From positions 64,001 through 128,000 of IMG/VR virus record IMGVR_UViG_3300011008_000004: 64,000 nucleotides of DNA. One strand, 5' to 3'. The DNA comes from a virus. Taxonomy: Duplodnaviria; Caudoviricetes. A program made the translations under genes and the position numbers. Below are positions 51,127 to 63,882 of this stretch, in pieces. The stretch's first letter is position 1, and each line of letters starts with the position of its first letter. Under the pieces are notes generated by a model. The model searched no databases. It was not told where the DNA came from and saw only the letters and a program-made list of their open reading frames with translations.

Positions 51127-51857
51127 TAAAATACCTCATTAACAATGTTAGATCCATTTGATTTAATATCATTATAACTTGCAAAATTCGATGAATTAAA
51201 CTTATGCTCTTTTTCATACGTCTCTATAGCCCAAGTTAAATCTCTTAAACCACCTTTTATTGCTATCTTTAATAAATCAATCTTCACAGCTTGACTGCCT
51301 TTTGCATATTGTTCAAGTTCTTGTTGTGCAATATTCACACTTGATGGAGATAAAAATCCCTTTGGATTAGTATATACGGCGTCAATCCAATCACATAAAT
51401 ATTGTTTTATAACTTGATCGTCACAATTTACTACACGCTTTAAACTATTTATATGAGTTTGTCTTTTAGACATAGGTTCAACTCTCGGTTTCTTAATAAA
51501 TTGTTTTGCTGATGAATTCTTAATAACGTCTTCTGGATTAGAAGACTTCATTATTTTATCTAATTGATTTTCATATAAGATATAATAATTTTTATTAGGA
51601 ACATTTTTAAGTGGTTTCACACTAATAACACCACATTCACTTAATGCTAATTCTACATCAATCTGCTTTTCATCTTCCAAAGCTGTTCTTTCATAAATTT
51701 CTTGTCTTGAAATAGCTAATGTATCATTATCATTTATAAGTTTATGTCGTATTTGAAACGCTCTTTCTTCTTCAATACAAGTTAAAAATATAGCTGAACA
51801 TACACCAAATACTTTTGCTATATCAACATTGTAACTATTGCTATTTAAATAAGTCAT
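51126..51857 (-). CDS. putative replication initiator
   Basis: YNVDIAKVFGVCSAIFL winged-helix-like N-terminus, directly upstream of loader and helicase. Confidence 0.55.
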   Translation of the reverse strand: MTYLNSNSYNVDIAKVFGVCSAIFLTCIEEERAFQIRHKLINDNDTLAISRQEIYERTALEDEKQIDVELALSECGVISVKPLKNVPNKNYYILYENQLDKIMKSSNPEDVIKNSSAKQFIKKPRVEPMSKRQTHINSLKRVVNCDDQVIKQYLCDWIDAVYTNPKGFLSPSSVNIAQQELEQYAKGSQAVKIDLLKIAIKGGLRDLTWAIETYEKEHKFNSSNFASYNDIKSNGSNIVNEVF

Positions 51858-52732
51858 TAAGCCTCCTCAGCTACTTTGCTTTTCTTTTCAAATGAATAAG
51901 ATACTTTTTTAGTCTTACCCCATCTTAAATTCTCATTAAAATTTCCATCTAATTTCTTATAAGCTTTTAACACATTTTCAATAATATTCCAAGCTTCAAT
52001 TAAATTTTTCTTATTGTCTTCTGTACATTCTTCTTTAGTCATATATACAAAATCATCTATATGACTAGGCTGAATTTTCTTATCACAATTCAACATTGCA
52101 TCTAATAGTCTTTGACCCATAGGATTATGTTCAAGTTTAATTCTCATATCAACCATTATAGACGTTAAATCACTCGACTCATATGACGGCATAAAATTCT
52201 CATCTTCATACATCTGATCTAATGATGCACACATATGATTCATTGAAGTTTTTAATTTTAATTTATTTACGCTTCCTTCTTCCTTAACGCCATTCTTATG
52301 ATCACACTCATATTTTTCAAGTCTCGCATTAGAACCCATTTCATATAAAACTTCACCGATTCTATTTGCTAAAGACATATTAACTACTTTACTTACAAGT
52401 TTATCGTCAATTGTTTTTTCTAAAACAAATGCTTTCATTGTACATTCAAAAGTTCTATAAATTATTTGAGAATAAAAATCTTTAAACTCTGGATGTCGAC
52501 TAAGTTTTGCTAAAAACAATTTCTTATAATACATAAACCATTTAGCAACTAAACCATTATCAAATGGTTTACTATAAGTAGTTCTCATGTGCACACTACC
52601 ATTTTTACAAACGTGCTCCTGCCTGCTATAACCAGCCTTTAGTGCAATATCAATAGTTAAATCTTTTATACTATCATATTGTCTAGGATCTGCGTCTGCA
52701 ACACTTTGAATAATTTGGTACAATTTAATCAT
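51857..52732 (-). CDS. hypothetical protein, first gene of replication operon
   Basis: 291 aa, GAGGTG SD, behind tandem early promoters. Confidence 0.65.
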   Translation of the reverse strand: MIKLYQIIQSVADADPRQYDSIKDLTIDIALKAGYSRQEHVCKNGSVHMRTTYSKPFDNGLVAKWFMYYKKLFLAKLSRHPEFKDFYSQIIYRTFECTMKAFVLEKTIDDKLVSKVVNMSLANRIGEVLYEMGSNARLEKYECDHKNGVKEEGSVNKLKLKTSMNHMCASLDQMYEDENFMPSYESSDLTSIMVDMRIKLEHNPMGQRLLDAMLNCDKKIQPSHIDDFVYMTKEECTEDNKKNLIEAWNIIENVLKAYKKLDGNFNENLRWGKTKKVSYSFEKKSKVAEEA

Positions 52733-53008
52733 ACTTCACCTCACTATAGTATTGTAACACCTATTTTTAAAAATGTACAACATTTATGACTATAATTTTT
52801 AACTTTTTTCAAAAAATTTTCTAAAACATAATAACTAATATGCAAAAATAAGTCAACTACTTTTAGATGACTTTTTCGAAAAATATGTAATTATACTAAT
52901 GCGATATATTTATAATTATATTCTAATAGTATATAGCATAATTCCGGAAATAACGCAAAAATACAAAATCTGTCACGGTTTTATTGCTCTATTCATTAGT
53001 TTAATGAT

Positions 53009-53037
53009 ATTATAACACTACGAATAAAATATGTCAA
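53009..53037 (-). promoter_or_regulatory. sigmaA-type early promoter
   Basis: TTGACA-N17-TATAAT with TG. Confidence 0.8.
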
Positions 53038-53039
53038 AT

Positions 53040-53067
53040 AAAAAGGACTGAATTTACATCAGTCCTT
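53040..53067. terminator. intrinsic terminator
   Basis: AAGGACTGA...TCAGTCCTT. Confidence 0.7.
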
Positions 53068-53077
53068 AAAAATTAAT

Positions 53078-54742
53078 TTACTCACTAAAAATATTTAAGT
53101 CTCGTATAGCGTTATTATCAGTTAAATATCCTGCAAGTTGTTCTTTTCTATCTAAAATTTCCGCTACACGTTCGTCGTATGAATCATTTGTTATTAAAGT
53201 TATTATAGTACAAGCATTCTTCTGTCCTATTCTATATATTCTATCAGACGCTTGACTGAAATCTGCTTGTGTCCAAGGTGTATCTATGAAAATCATGTAT
53301 GATGCAGCTGTTAGAGTATGTCCTGTTCCCATTTTTTGCCATGTAGCAATCATTACTTTACAGTCATCATCTGCGTTAAATCGTTCTTTATTTATATTAA
53401 TTTCTTCATCGTCTTGATCGCCAGTACATACAACAGGATTATATTGACTTAATATGTCTTTTTCAGCGTAAGCAGCACCTTTAAATGTGTTAAATACAAC
53501 AACTTTATCGCCCTGACCAACAATCGTATCTACTAATTCTTCAAGTCTTTCTAACTTTGCAGACTTTGTAACGGCTGTAGAAACGATTCCTGGATAAGCT
53601 GTTATTTGTCTTAATCTTAAGTTAATTGTAAGCTCCTGAATGATACTAGGCCTTTCAGGCAGCAAATCTAGCTCTTTCGCTATACCATCTGCAACATCAT
53701 CATATAATTCTTGTTGTTCTTTACCCATATCGACGTATTCTGTAACAAATGTTCTTTCAGGTAAATCCAATACGTCTTTCTTCAAACGTCTTAACGAACA
53801 CGATGAGATTAAGTCTTGTAATAAGTTCAAATTCTTGTAACCAACTACTTGAACACCGCCAAAACCACCATAAACATTATACATAGACTTGAATTGTCCA
53901 TAATTACAACTCACATTATCAGTCCATTTTAATGGCACATAAGCATCTTCTGGCTTATTCATTATGACAGTTCCAGATAATCCTATACGTCTTTTAGCTT
54001 TTAACTTCATTAAAGTTCTAGCTGACATACTACTTGGATTCTTTACACGATGAGCTTCATCAAAAACTATCATGTCAAACTTTGTTTTACTTTTCTTAAA
54101 AACATCAGCAAATTCTTTACTTTGTAAAGTTTGCATATTAGTTATAACAAAAAATTCTTTTATGTCACTAGCTAAATGATTTAATCTGTCAGCAACTGAT
54201 CCTACAACTAAATTACCACGTCTATTTATTCTTTGGCCTAATATAACTGCGTCTAAATCTGAATATAGCTTTGTTTCATTTAACCAAGTCTTCTTAAGAC
54301 TATTTACGCCACATATAATTAAACAATGTTGTAAACCTTCTTTTATTCTAAGATTATCTGCTAAACAAATCATTTGGAAAGTTTTTCCAAGTCCAGCGTC
54401 ATCTAATAACAACCAGCCATGTTCATTGCTTAGTCCAAAATTTATGCCATCTTTCTGATGTTTATATGGTTTAACTTTAAAATCATAATCTTCACACGTT
54501 AAATCTAATTTATTGTTTGTAACATATGGGATAAATTTACAATCATCAAATCTAGTTATTAAATTAACTAAAAATTGAAGCTTATTTACAGGGGCTTCAA
54601 ATGTATTAGTTTTATGATCATATACTATATTAGTAGTCTAAATGATAGTATCAAATAATTGTCTTTCTATAATTCCTAATTGAATGAATAAAGACGTTAC
54701 AGCTGGAATCTTTTTAGCTTGATTCTCAGTTATTATTGTCAT
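53078..54742 (-). CDS. SNF2-family helicase (single TAG near codon 35)
   Basis: PYKHQ, DDAGLGKT, FDEAH, SGT, GTGHTL, QASDRIYRIGQ; extended to ATG overlapping upstream TAA. Confidence 0.88.
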
Positions 54743-55068
54743 TAAAATTCTTCCTTACAAGTTATTTTATCATTACCTAATTTATAAGAATAATCTGAAT
54801 CAAAATCTAATGTTTGATCAATATCTACTTTGAAATTCATCTTTGCATCAATCGTAAATGTTTTACCACATTTGTCGCAAGTATAAACTTCTTTAGTATC
54901 TAAACTTGTTCCGGTAAAATCAATAATCTTCCCAGATTCATCTCTTTGGATATCACCAGGGTTCCCAAATACTGCATTTGGAATAAATAATTCAGCAGGA
55001 AGATATTCATATCCACAATTAGGACATTCAATAACAACAAATTTATTTTTAGTTTCTTTCATTTTCAA
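54742..55068 (-). CDS. zinc-ribbon protein
   Basis: CPNCG...CDKCG. Confidence 0.7.
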   Translation of the reverse strand: MKMKETKNKFVVIECPNCGYEYLPAELFIPNAVFGNPGDIQRDESGKIIDFTGTSLDTKEVYTCDKCGKTFTIDAKMNFKVDIDQTLDFDSDYSYKLGNDKITCKEEF

Positions 55069-55255
55069 AAATTCTCCAATTTATTTATATAACTTTATAC
55101 AACACGCGCGCGCGAAAAAATGAAAAATTTTGAAAAAAATAAAAAATTTTTAGTTATTTTAAGATTAGTAAAAATTATTATGATTATTCATATTAGTGAT
55201 ATCGCAAGATATCACGTAGGTCACCTGATGAACTCGAAAATCAGTTTTTATGACA

Positions 55256-55285
55256 AAATAAAAGACCGTTAAAATTAACGGTCTT
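55256..55285 (-). terminator. terminator of structural operon
   Basis: AAGACCGTT...AACGGTCTT plus T-run, immediately after recoded TAA stop at 55290. Confidence 0.72.
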
Positions 55286-55289
55286 CTAA

Positions 55290-55892
55290 TTATAATCTCA
55301 CAATAGTCTGCTACTTTACTTTATTAACTCTCACTGTTTCTGCAATAGGCGCACTTTTTGACGCTTTCTTTTTAGTAGATTTAACTACAGGTTGCTCGAC
55401 AACAACTTCTTCTACTTCTGTAGTTTTTCTTATAATTTCGACTGTGCTTCCTACTGGAACTACATATTTTAAAACTTCTGAAAGATACGATAGATCGACT
55501 GTCTCATCTGAAGTTAATTCAACTTTTATTACGCCATTCTCTACATTAGCTACTTCAACTTTACTAACATTATAATATGCATTTATTACGCTAATTACCG
55601 CATACTTTATACTATTTATATTTCCCTTATTTCTTATAACATAAGGAAACAACGTTAAAATATTTCTTAATATATCTGTAGAAATATAATCATTACTTTT
55701 AAATCCAAGTCTTCTTGCTAATAGTGTAATTAATTTATCATCAATAGTTTTAGTGTTGAGTTGCTTTCTAATTTTCTATTGAGCAATTATATTTGAATTT
55801 ACTAATGTATCATATAATCTACATAGTAACTAAAAGTCTCTAGATAAAGTGGTGTAAACTTCAGGTACATTATCTTCTAATTTAAATAACAT
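55290..55892 (-). CDS. baseplate wedge / P2 gpI-like protein (TAG-recoded)
   Basis: VPEVY..SRDFQLL, LLARRLGF, RNKG; 3 TAG, TAA before terminator. Confidence 0.7.
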
Positions 55893-55905
55893 TCCAATTT
55901 ACCTC

Positions 55906-58900
55906 TTACTTTATAATAGATAAGTCACTAATAACTAAATTAAGAAGTGGATTAGCTGATGTTGCAGCTGAATTATACATCTTAGCCATTACGTATCTAT
56001 TTAATATATGATTTTTATTAAAGAAAGTATAAGGCTGTGTAGGATCCAATATAGGTTGATCTGGTTCATATGTTGGATCAAATTCACTACATTCATAAAA
56101 ATATGTACTAGAAGCGTTATTTAAATTGAAATAACTTTTATCACCTTTATTATCTTCTAAAATCTTTAATAGCGTTTTATATCCAATATCTGATGCCTAG
56201 TACCATTCAGCGTCCACATCATATATAACAGGTTGGTAGTACTCACCAGATACGCCTGTTTCTATATTTACTTCAGCACCATTTGTTTCAGTCAAAATAT
56301 AATTAACATGACCGTCATTATACTTATATCTAAAAATTATAGGATAATATATAGTATTATCATCTACAACGTCTGCAATTAGATATGGAACTTTCACCTT
56401 ATCAGCTTCAAATGATTCAGGTTTAGTACTATACTCAACATCTTCAGTATCAGTATAATTATATACATTATCTCTTAATATGTCATCAGATGATAATATT
56501 ATTTGCTATTGAATACCTATACTTAATAACTTATTAAAACTTATATATTTAGAATAGTCTTCAACGGTATCGCTGTACGTTACTAAATTATAAGCAATTG
56601 ATTTTACTTCAGGTTCATCGCCAGCGCCTTTTTTATCGTATGTAGCACTATACACCAATGTTTGACTATGACTAATATACGTTGGATCACTACTTATAGT
56701 CTATTTTAAATTATATGTTTTAGATGCATCATTTAATATTAAGCCATATCTACCAGTGATATTTAAATCACCAGATTCATACTCTGTGTAATTAGTATCT
56801 GTGGCTGATTTATATTTAATAATATAATGTTTGTCTCCACTATTGTTTATAGCGAATGTAGTTTCATCGCTAATACCAATGTCTCTTAATAAAGCTCTGT
56901 TATCTTCTGCGCCACTTACATCACTAAAATAAATCTCATAGCCACTACCTATTGTGGTTATATCATTTAATATCAATCCTATATATGATGTTTGTTGTCC
57001 AGAACCAGCTGTACTTAATAAATCAGATACACGATATGAAAAACTATCTATAGATTGTAAATCACCATATCCTTGCAAAAAGGCTAGGTCTATAAACTAC
57101 TGCTTATACTCATCTAGTAATTTTTTAGCCTCATCACCTTGCTTTACAGTTGAATTATATACGCTTATCGTTGAACCTTCACCTACTATCTCAAATTCAC
57201 TTGGTACGCTGTTGCTATATGTAATTCTTATGATATAAGAACCTGTAGGTATATAAATAGATTTATTAGCACTGCTCATTGATAAAAATGCTTGTAGCAA
57301 CTACTTATCACTAAAATATAATTTATCATAGTCTACAGAATTTGTTGGAACATACACACAATCATACTTTACTTGAGATAAAACTGCAATCTAATTAGTA
57401 CCTATTGATACCGCAGATGCCGCAGTTTCAGTCATATCTAAGTTGAAATTTAATCTTATATACTTATCAGTTAAATCTTCAATATAATCTCCAGCTTGTG
57501 CGTCTTCTTTAGTTTCATATAGATATATATGTTCTGAATCAGCTAACTTATAAACGACATTCTTTTTTAATTTTCTGTTTCCTACACATTTATAATATAA
57601 ATAATTAGAGTATATAACATCGTCTTTATATAACGTTGTCCAAATGCTTAGCTGTTCATTAGATTGAATTTTAACTGTTGTACTATTACCATAAGCTATA
57701 CTACCACTACTTCTAGTAAAACATCTAGAAGATATTATAGCATTATCATCATATCTATATACAGGTTTACCACCAACTACTTCATACACATACTTAACAG
57801 GCAAACTATTATAATTAACTTTCTTGTAATCGTCTGGTAGTTCACGAGAACTATCAGTCATATCAGTATAATTCTAACCAAATCTAATATCTAAACCTTT
57901 ATATCTAGTAGACCAAGGCGTTATGCCTGCTAATATAGATCTTTTCATTATGTCTAATACTTTAAAGTAACTATTGAATAAATCATTGTCTACTTTTTCA
58001 TAATCATCATTAGCAATAGGTTGCAATGCTACATATTGAATTCTATTATCAGCGCTCTTTATAGTTTCAACTAATTCACCATAGTCGGGCATTTCACCAA
58101 AACCAAGTTGTCTAGCATTAAATCTAGCCCATAAAGCTTTTACGATATTAGTCTTAACTTCATTAGCATCTATCTATGATACCTTATTATTTAAGTATAT
58201 TTGACCTTCTAAATCGTATGTAACAATGATAGGTTCACCGTTAAATTGACGTTCATGATTTAAAGATTTAACATTTTTTATCGATTTATTTATAACTGAT
58301 GACGCATCATCTACACCTATACTATCTTGATAATCTTTTAAATATTCAAATGTGGCATCAAAATTCTTTAAAGATTCTACACTTACAACTGATTTTAATG
58401 GGAAGAATCTAATAGCATATGGACTCATTGTAGAAGTGTCTACACTATCTTCATCTTTTGCATTACTTTTAAGAATGTCTACATGAATTTTGTTTTCAGC
58501 ATCAAAACTTTTAACTAAATAAGACTTGTACAAGTCATTCGTTCTATCAGATACTTGAATATTTGAAACTATGTTATTATTCTGAGAATCTTTATATTCA
58601 TATAAATAGTTCTTATAATCTAACAGTGAAACTAATGTATCAAAAACATTCTTAACTTTATCGTAGTTAAGATTCATTTCATCAATAGTCATAGGATCTA
58701 AACCATTCATTGTGCCACTTAAATTAGTGATATATGTAAATAGATCATTTAACTTTATAGCGTTAGATTCAACATCAATAATATCTAATCCCTCAGGATC
58801 TTTTGCATTATCATTACTAAAGAATTGAGAAATTGTTTTAGCGGTTACGTTGCCATTTAAACCACTGGACTTTATATATTTAATGTATAAACCATCTTTA

Positions 58901-59709
58901 ATTAACGTACCAATATCATCTGGGAATTGAATATAACAAGCATTATTAACTGCATCTACACCGAATTTATAAACTAATTGACCAGATAATGCTTGAGATA
59001 AGTTATCTATTGGCTTCCACTTTAAAGTTAAGCCTGATTCAGTTGAATATGTTATATCACTAAAATCTTGTTCAAATGAAATAAATATACCATTTTGAGC
59101 AATATTACTTTCAGCAAAATAAACTCTATTTTGACTATCTAAATACTCAGCTGTTATGCAATCATCACCATTTACTTCTAAGTTCAATGCCACGCCTTCT
59201 ATAACAGGCATTATTTGTCTCTAATCAACATCAGTGAATGTTAATGAAGTTAGACCAGTATAGACTGTTTGTTGTTCATTATCACTAAATTGAGAGAACA
59301 TAGGAATCTGTAAATTAGCATCGGCTATAATCGCTGTGCCATCTCCATTTTCGCCAGTTTTAACCTTTGTAGCAAGCCCATTTCTCTATAAAGTTAAATT
59401 GGTTGTAGCACTTATGTACCAATCTGGATAGTAACCCATTGTGTTATAAACATCATAAGCACTTCTTAACTGCGTTAAAGATTGAGGAAATAATTCTAAT
59501 ATATTTTTATCAATATTATAATTTAGTTTATCAGTCATTATAGCTGATTCTTTCAATAGAACAGCTAAAGGGTCTGACTCATTAGCTTCACTTGGAACCC
59601 ATTTATTAGTAAGATTAGGAACTAACTTAAGAATTTCAGTCCATAAGCTTTCAAAATCTTTATTTATAAATGATATATTTGAAGCATTTTTATCGTTGTT
59701 ATATATCAT
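55906..59709 (-). CDS. large baseplate wedge protein (gp6/gpJ-like N-terminus), ~1267 aa, TAG-recoded
   Basis: Seven ORF-track fragments share one frame and each ends in TAG; SFINKDF..., NESDP, LNYNID. Confidence 0.82.
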
Positions 59710-60077
59710 AATTCCTCCGTATTAAGCATATTTATACTGTAATTAATAAAACTATAATCTAGCATGTTTTGAGCTTTAATATTTACATACACATTCTTGC
59801 CTTCAGATGTCACTGAAATATCTTTTCTTTCTACACGTACTTGAGGTAGAAATAATGATATCGCTGTGAACACATCGTCAATAACTAAATCTCTAAGTAC
59901 TACATTATTTCTTTCAAAAAATAATTTCTATAAGTTAACGCCGTAATAAGGATCGCCTAATAAAGTCTTTTTAAATGACTTTAGCAACAAAGCCATATTT
60001 TGCTTTGTTGCATCTAAATCTTTAATGATATTGGTTTTATTATTAGACAGCATGTCTGGAAATTTCACAGCATTCAT
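59706..60077 (-). CDS. gp25/gpW-like baseplate protein (TAG-recoded)
   Basis: LLGDPYYGVNL motif; start/stop overlaps with both neighbours. Confidence 0.78.
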
Positions 60078-60454
60078 TATTGATTTACCTTATCAAATAT
60101 TTGTTTATACGTAAGTTTACCTAAATTGACTTGAGTACTAGTATTTAAGTTTTCTTCTATATTTGCGCTCTTTAAATTAGCTCTAACTTTATAGTCATCA
60201 TTTTTAGAATTATCTAATTTTAGATAACCTATAATTATAGGCTTACCGTTATCATCATCTTCAAAAGCAACTATAACTATATCGCCTATTTCATAATCTA
60301 TGTTAAAACCTGGTAAGCATAATATTGTAGCCCAACTTAAATCTTCATCAGCTGTAGAATGTGGGTCATTAGCTATGCCATCAAAAATAGGTATTCTAAC
60401 TCTTATTTTACTAGATTCATAATCTATTTTATTTATAATAGCTCTAGTTATCAT
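60077..60454 (-). CDS. baseplate spike (gp5/gpV OB-fold-like)
   Basis: IRVRIP...W...GDIVIVAFEDDDNGKPIIIG. Confidence 0.75.
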   Translation of the reverse strand: MITRAIINKIDYESSKIRVRIPIFDGIANDPHSTADEDLSWATILCLPGFNIDYEIGDIVIVAFEDDDNGKPIIIGYLKLDNSKNDDYKVRANLKSANIEENLNTSTQVNLGKLTYKQIFDKVNQ

Positions 60455-60474
60455 TGCACTCTCTTTTTTATATT

Positions 60475-61743
60475 TTAATTTAGCTCGTCGTCTTGATTTA
60501 TACGAAGTAGAGATAGCGTTGTAGTATAACCTCTTTCGTCTATCTTATCTTCCTACTTAGTTATAGCATATATACCTGAACTAGTGTGTTTTCTACCAAA
60601 GAAATACACATTAACTCTAACATATGTCATTAACATTACTGCTCTTAATAAACCTTTTAAGGTGATAGTTGCAGTAATAGGATATTGAGTCATATTAGAC
60701 CACCAAGACTTATCAGCTTCAGTAGTTAACATTAAACTAGATGATTTAGTCAGTGTAGGAGAATATACTTGTGTCATATCTCCAGAATCATCTATCCTAT
60801 ATACGAAATCTGATTGATTTATATTCTATGAAAAATCATATAATATCGCATAAGCTTGTTCATTCTATATCTAAAAATTAGATACTATATCTTTTCCAGG
60901 ATAACCTACATCTATAGTGTAGTAATCAATTGATGAACTACTGTTTATATTTGTAAGTAATTTAGATACTTTAAAATAAGGGCCATCAAGCAATCCTGAC
61001 GTGTCATCATAAACAGTTAGAACGTACTTACTAGATTTCTTAATAGTATTATTAGCATCTCCAGAACTTGTCATACAAGATACTAAATAATTAAGATAAT
61101 CTAATATTGTAATATTTTTCTTAGCTTGAATAGTTACTTCTTTATCATCAGCTTCGATTAAACCTAATTGTAATATCTAATCTTCATTATGCATCCCATA
61201 AAATATGTCTTGCAAACCATATGTTTTATTAAATAAGATTTGTTTAATTACATCACTCGGTTTCTTACTTGAATATTTAGGAAATGTATAAGTACCAGCA
61301 CTTAAATTTATAGCAGTACTTACAGCTGATATAGTGTATGTTATTTTTGAATTAGCCGCGTCTAATGATTCACTAACTTTTGTAATTATGCCTTCTTCTT
61401 CTCTATACATATAAGTAGGTGTAGCACAATCACCATATGTAAATACGATTTTACGTGATTGATTAACTGAGCTTAAAACTCTATCAATCATATTAGGATC
61501 ATCATTCTATGTTATAGGATATACTAATGATAGTGAATATCTATTTACTGATCCATTTACTTTTGTTACAGTTAGTGACTATATATAATTTGGATATGTA
61601 ACTTTAACAGCTGAGTACAACTATTTATTCATCTCAACTGTTACATTTTTTCTACTATACATACCAAACGTATAATTACCAATTTTTACAGATATATGAG
61701 GTGCTTCTACACGCGTTGTTGTTGAAAGTAATGCAACAGACAT
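60475..61743 (-). CDS. baseplate hub / gpD-like tail protein (TAG-recoded)
   Basis: Three in-frame fragments joined through TAG; C-terminal SGIYAITK..D.IDERGYTTTLSL. Confidence 0.72.
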
Positions 61744-61745
61744 AA

Positions 61746-62063
61746 TTACCTCTTTACAAATGATATAGAATTTATAGCCGGAACTTTAATAGCACTTCCT
61801 ACTTTAGGTTCCTCTAAGGAATCTAGAATTTGGTTAAAATCGCATATAACCCAATAATATATAGGACTGCCATAGTAATCTAATGAAATGCTATCCCAGC
61901 TATCTCCAGCTTTTACAGTGTGTAAAACATAGCCTATATCAGTATTTAGATTGCTAGTTAAACCATAGTAATATCTATTATCTTTTTCACTGTAATAATA
62001 TGGAAAACTTTCATATCTTGAAATGCCTTGATACTATTTGAAATTCTTTTCAGCATTCTTCAT
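61746..62063 (-). CDS. LysM/gpX-like baseplate protein (TAG-recoded)
   Basis: HTVKAGDSWDSISLDYYGSPIYYWVICDFN. Confidence 0.78.
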
Positions 62064-62073
62064 ATAAAGCACC

Positions 62074-62664
62074 TCACTTCTTGTACATGTTCTTCGTTAA
62101 AGCAGTTTCTAATCCTCTAAAACTACCCCATTTCGCAATAGTATCAGCATCATATGGATCTACTTCGCTTATAGTGAAAGTTATCTATACTTGTTGATAT
62201 TTATTTCGCATGTCTAATGCTCCTGAGTATGTAACAGAAACATTACCATCTACAATGCCTTTTATAAATAAAGTATTACCAAATCTAACAGCGACCATTG
62301 GAGGATTAACCATTTTATTAGATATTTCTTTTGCCTTAAATGAAGGTAAAGCCATTGCTTGTAAATACTTAATCAATGTATCTATGTAGTCATCAGTTAA
62401 TTCATCTTTATCTAAAAAATCTATATTATCAAAATTTACTTGAGACATAAAATCTCTATGTAAATCTAATGTAAACTGAATAGATCTAGGACCCGCATAT
62501 GAATATGAATAAATAGGTGCTGTTCTAGATAATGGATTAGTCTTACTAAATGTAGAGCCTAAAGCATCTGTGAATGTTTCAGGATATGTAGGAATTATTA
62601 CATATTTATCTAGTTGATAAATATAAATGTAATTCTCTATTAAATCATACGCTTCTTTACGCAT
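62074..62664 (-). CDS. tail tube initiator-like protein (TAG-recoded)
   Basis: RTAPIYSYSYAGPRSIQFTL...PPMVAVRFG; read-through to TGA. Confidence 0.65.
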
Positions 62665-63851
62665 TATGAAGAACTCCTATCAAATAATTTAGAAGGCTAA
62701 CCTTGAGCTCTCATTATTAAATCTTCAATGTCTTTATCTATATAACCTGTAAAATCTCTAATAAGTTCTGGATCTTGCTTATCATAATGAACCTGCTAGT
62801 CTCTAAATGTATTATAGATAAATTTATGCATTCTAGTATCAAATTCACCTAATATATACTTATCAAACTTACGTCCTTTATATAATTCAGCGAACTTATT
62901 AGATGATATAATCTTTTGAATATTAACTATATTTTGAATTATTTCGTCATTAGGGGTTATAACATTACCTACTAAAAATTCAAATAATCTATCAGCAAAA
63001 GCATGCTGTGAAAAATAATTCTTTATAACTAATGTAGGATTCAAACAAAAATCATTTATATAGTTATCTACTTCTGTAATTACAATTGAGCTCTGTACAG
63101 AAGCTGGAATCTATATAAACATATGAAGATATCTTTCATATGTAAATTCACTTTGGTCATTAGCTTCATTAACTTCAAATACATATGGAACTCTAAAAGA
63201 TAATCTTGGATTATACACCTGATTCTATGAAGGTTGTTTGGTTAGTAACTTATTGTTATCATAGAATCCAAGTTGCACGGTGTTGTATGAAGTAGAACTT
63301 TCACAGTATATTTTATATTTCTTGCCAAATTTAACGGGTAACACAATAAGTTTCTTAGTATAGTCTACCTAAGAACTCACAATCTTAACTTCACCGCCTA
63401 CTTGTTCCATAGTTATAGGTAATGAAAATTTATCAATATATCTATTTGAAAAACAATTATATAAAGACATTAAATTTATATTATAATAGTCTCTATAAAA
63501 TCTTAAATATTCACCTAATCTTTCATGTACATCACTACTATAATAATTAACATTTGACATATAATTGTCTGTCAAATTATTATAATCTTGTCCAGGAATA
63601 TATGCTTGTACGTTTTCATCTAAGTCTGGCTCAAATGATACGCTATTACTTTCTTTATGCTTTTTTACTAAACCTTTATAAATATATAATTCGTTAGGAT
63701 AAGGCGTAAATGTATACTTAGTTTCTGATTCTTGATCATCATCAGGATCTCTAAAACAGTCACTCAAGACTCGTATCTTTGGAATATAGTAATTATATAA
63801 TAGGTTCTATATATAAGCACCCTATAAAGTATTTTCATCAAATCTTTGCAT
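62664..63851 (-). CDS. structural hypothetical protein (TAG-recoded)
   Basis: GAGGA SD, MQRFDEN start; joins fragments 63369..63767 and 62796..63044; TAATG overlap. Confidence 0.7.
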
Positions 63852-63882
63852 TTATAATCCTCAATGTAAATCACGTAAAAAA

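Noticed and set aside
886-57238. Plus-strand ORFs in the track (e.g. 13825..14184, 17263..17679, 30843..31238)
   Set aside because: All lie antisense to well-supported minus-strand genes, with no SD or motif; treated as shadow ORFs
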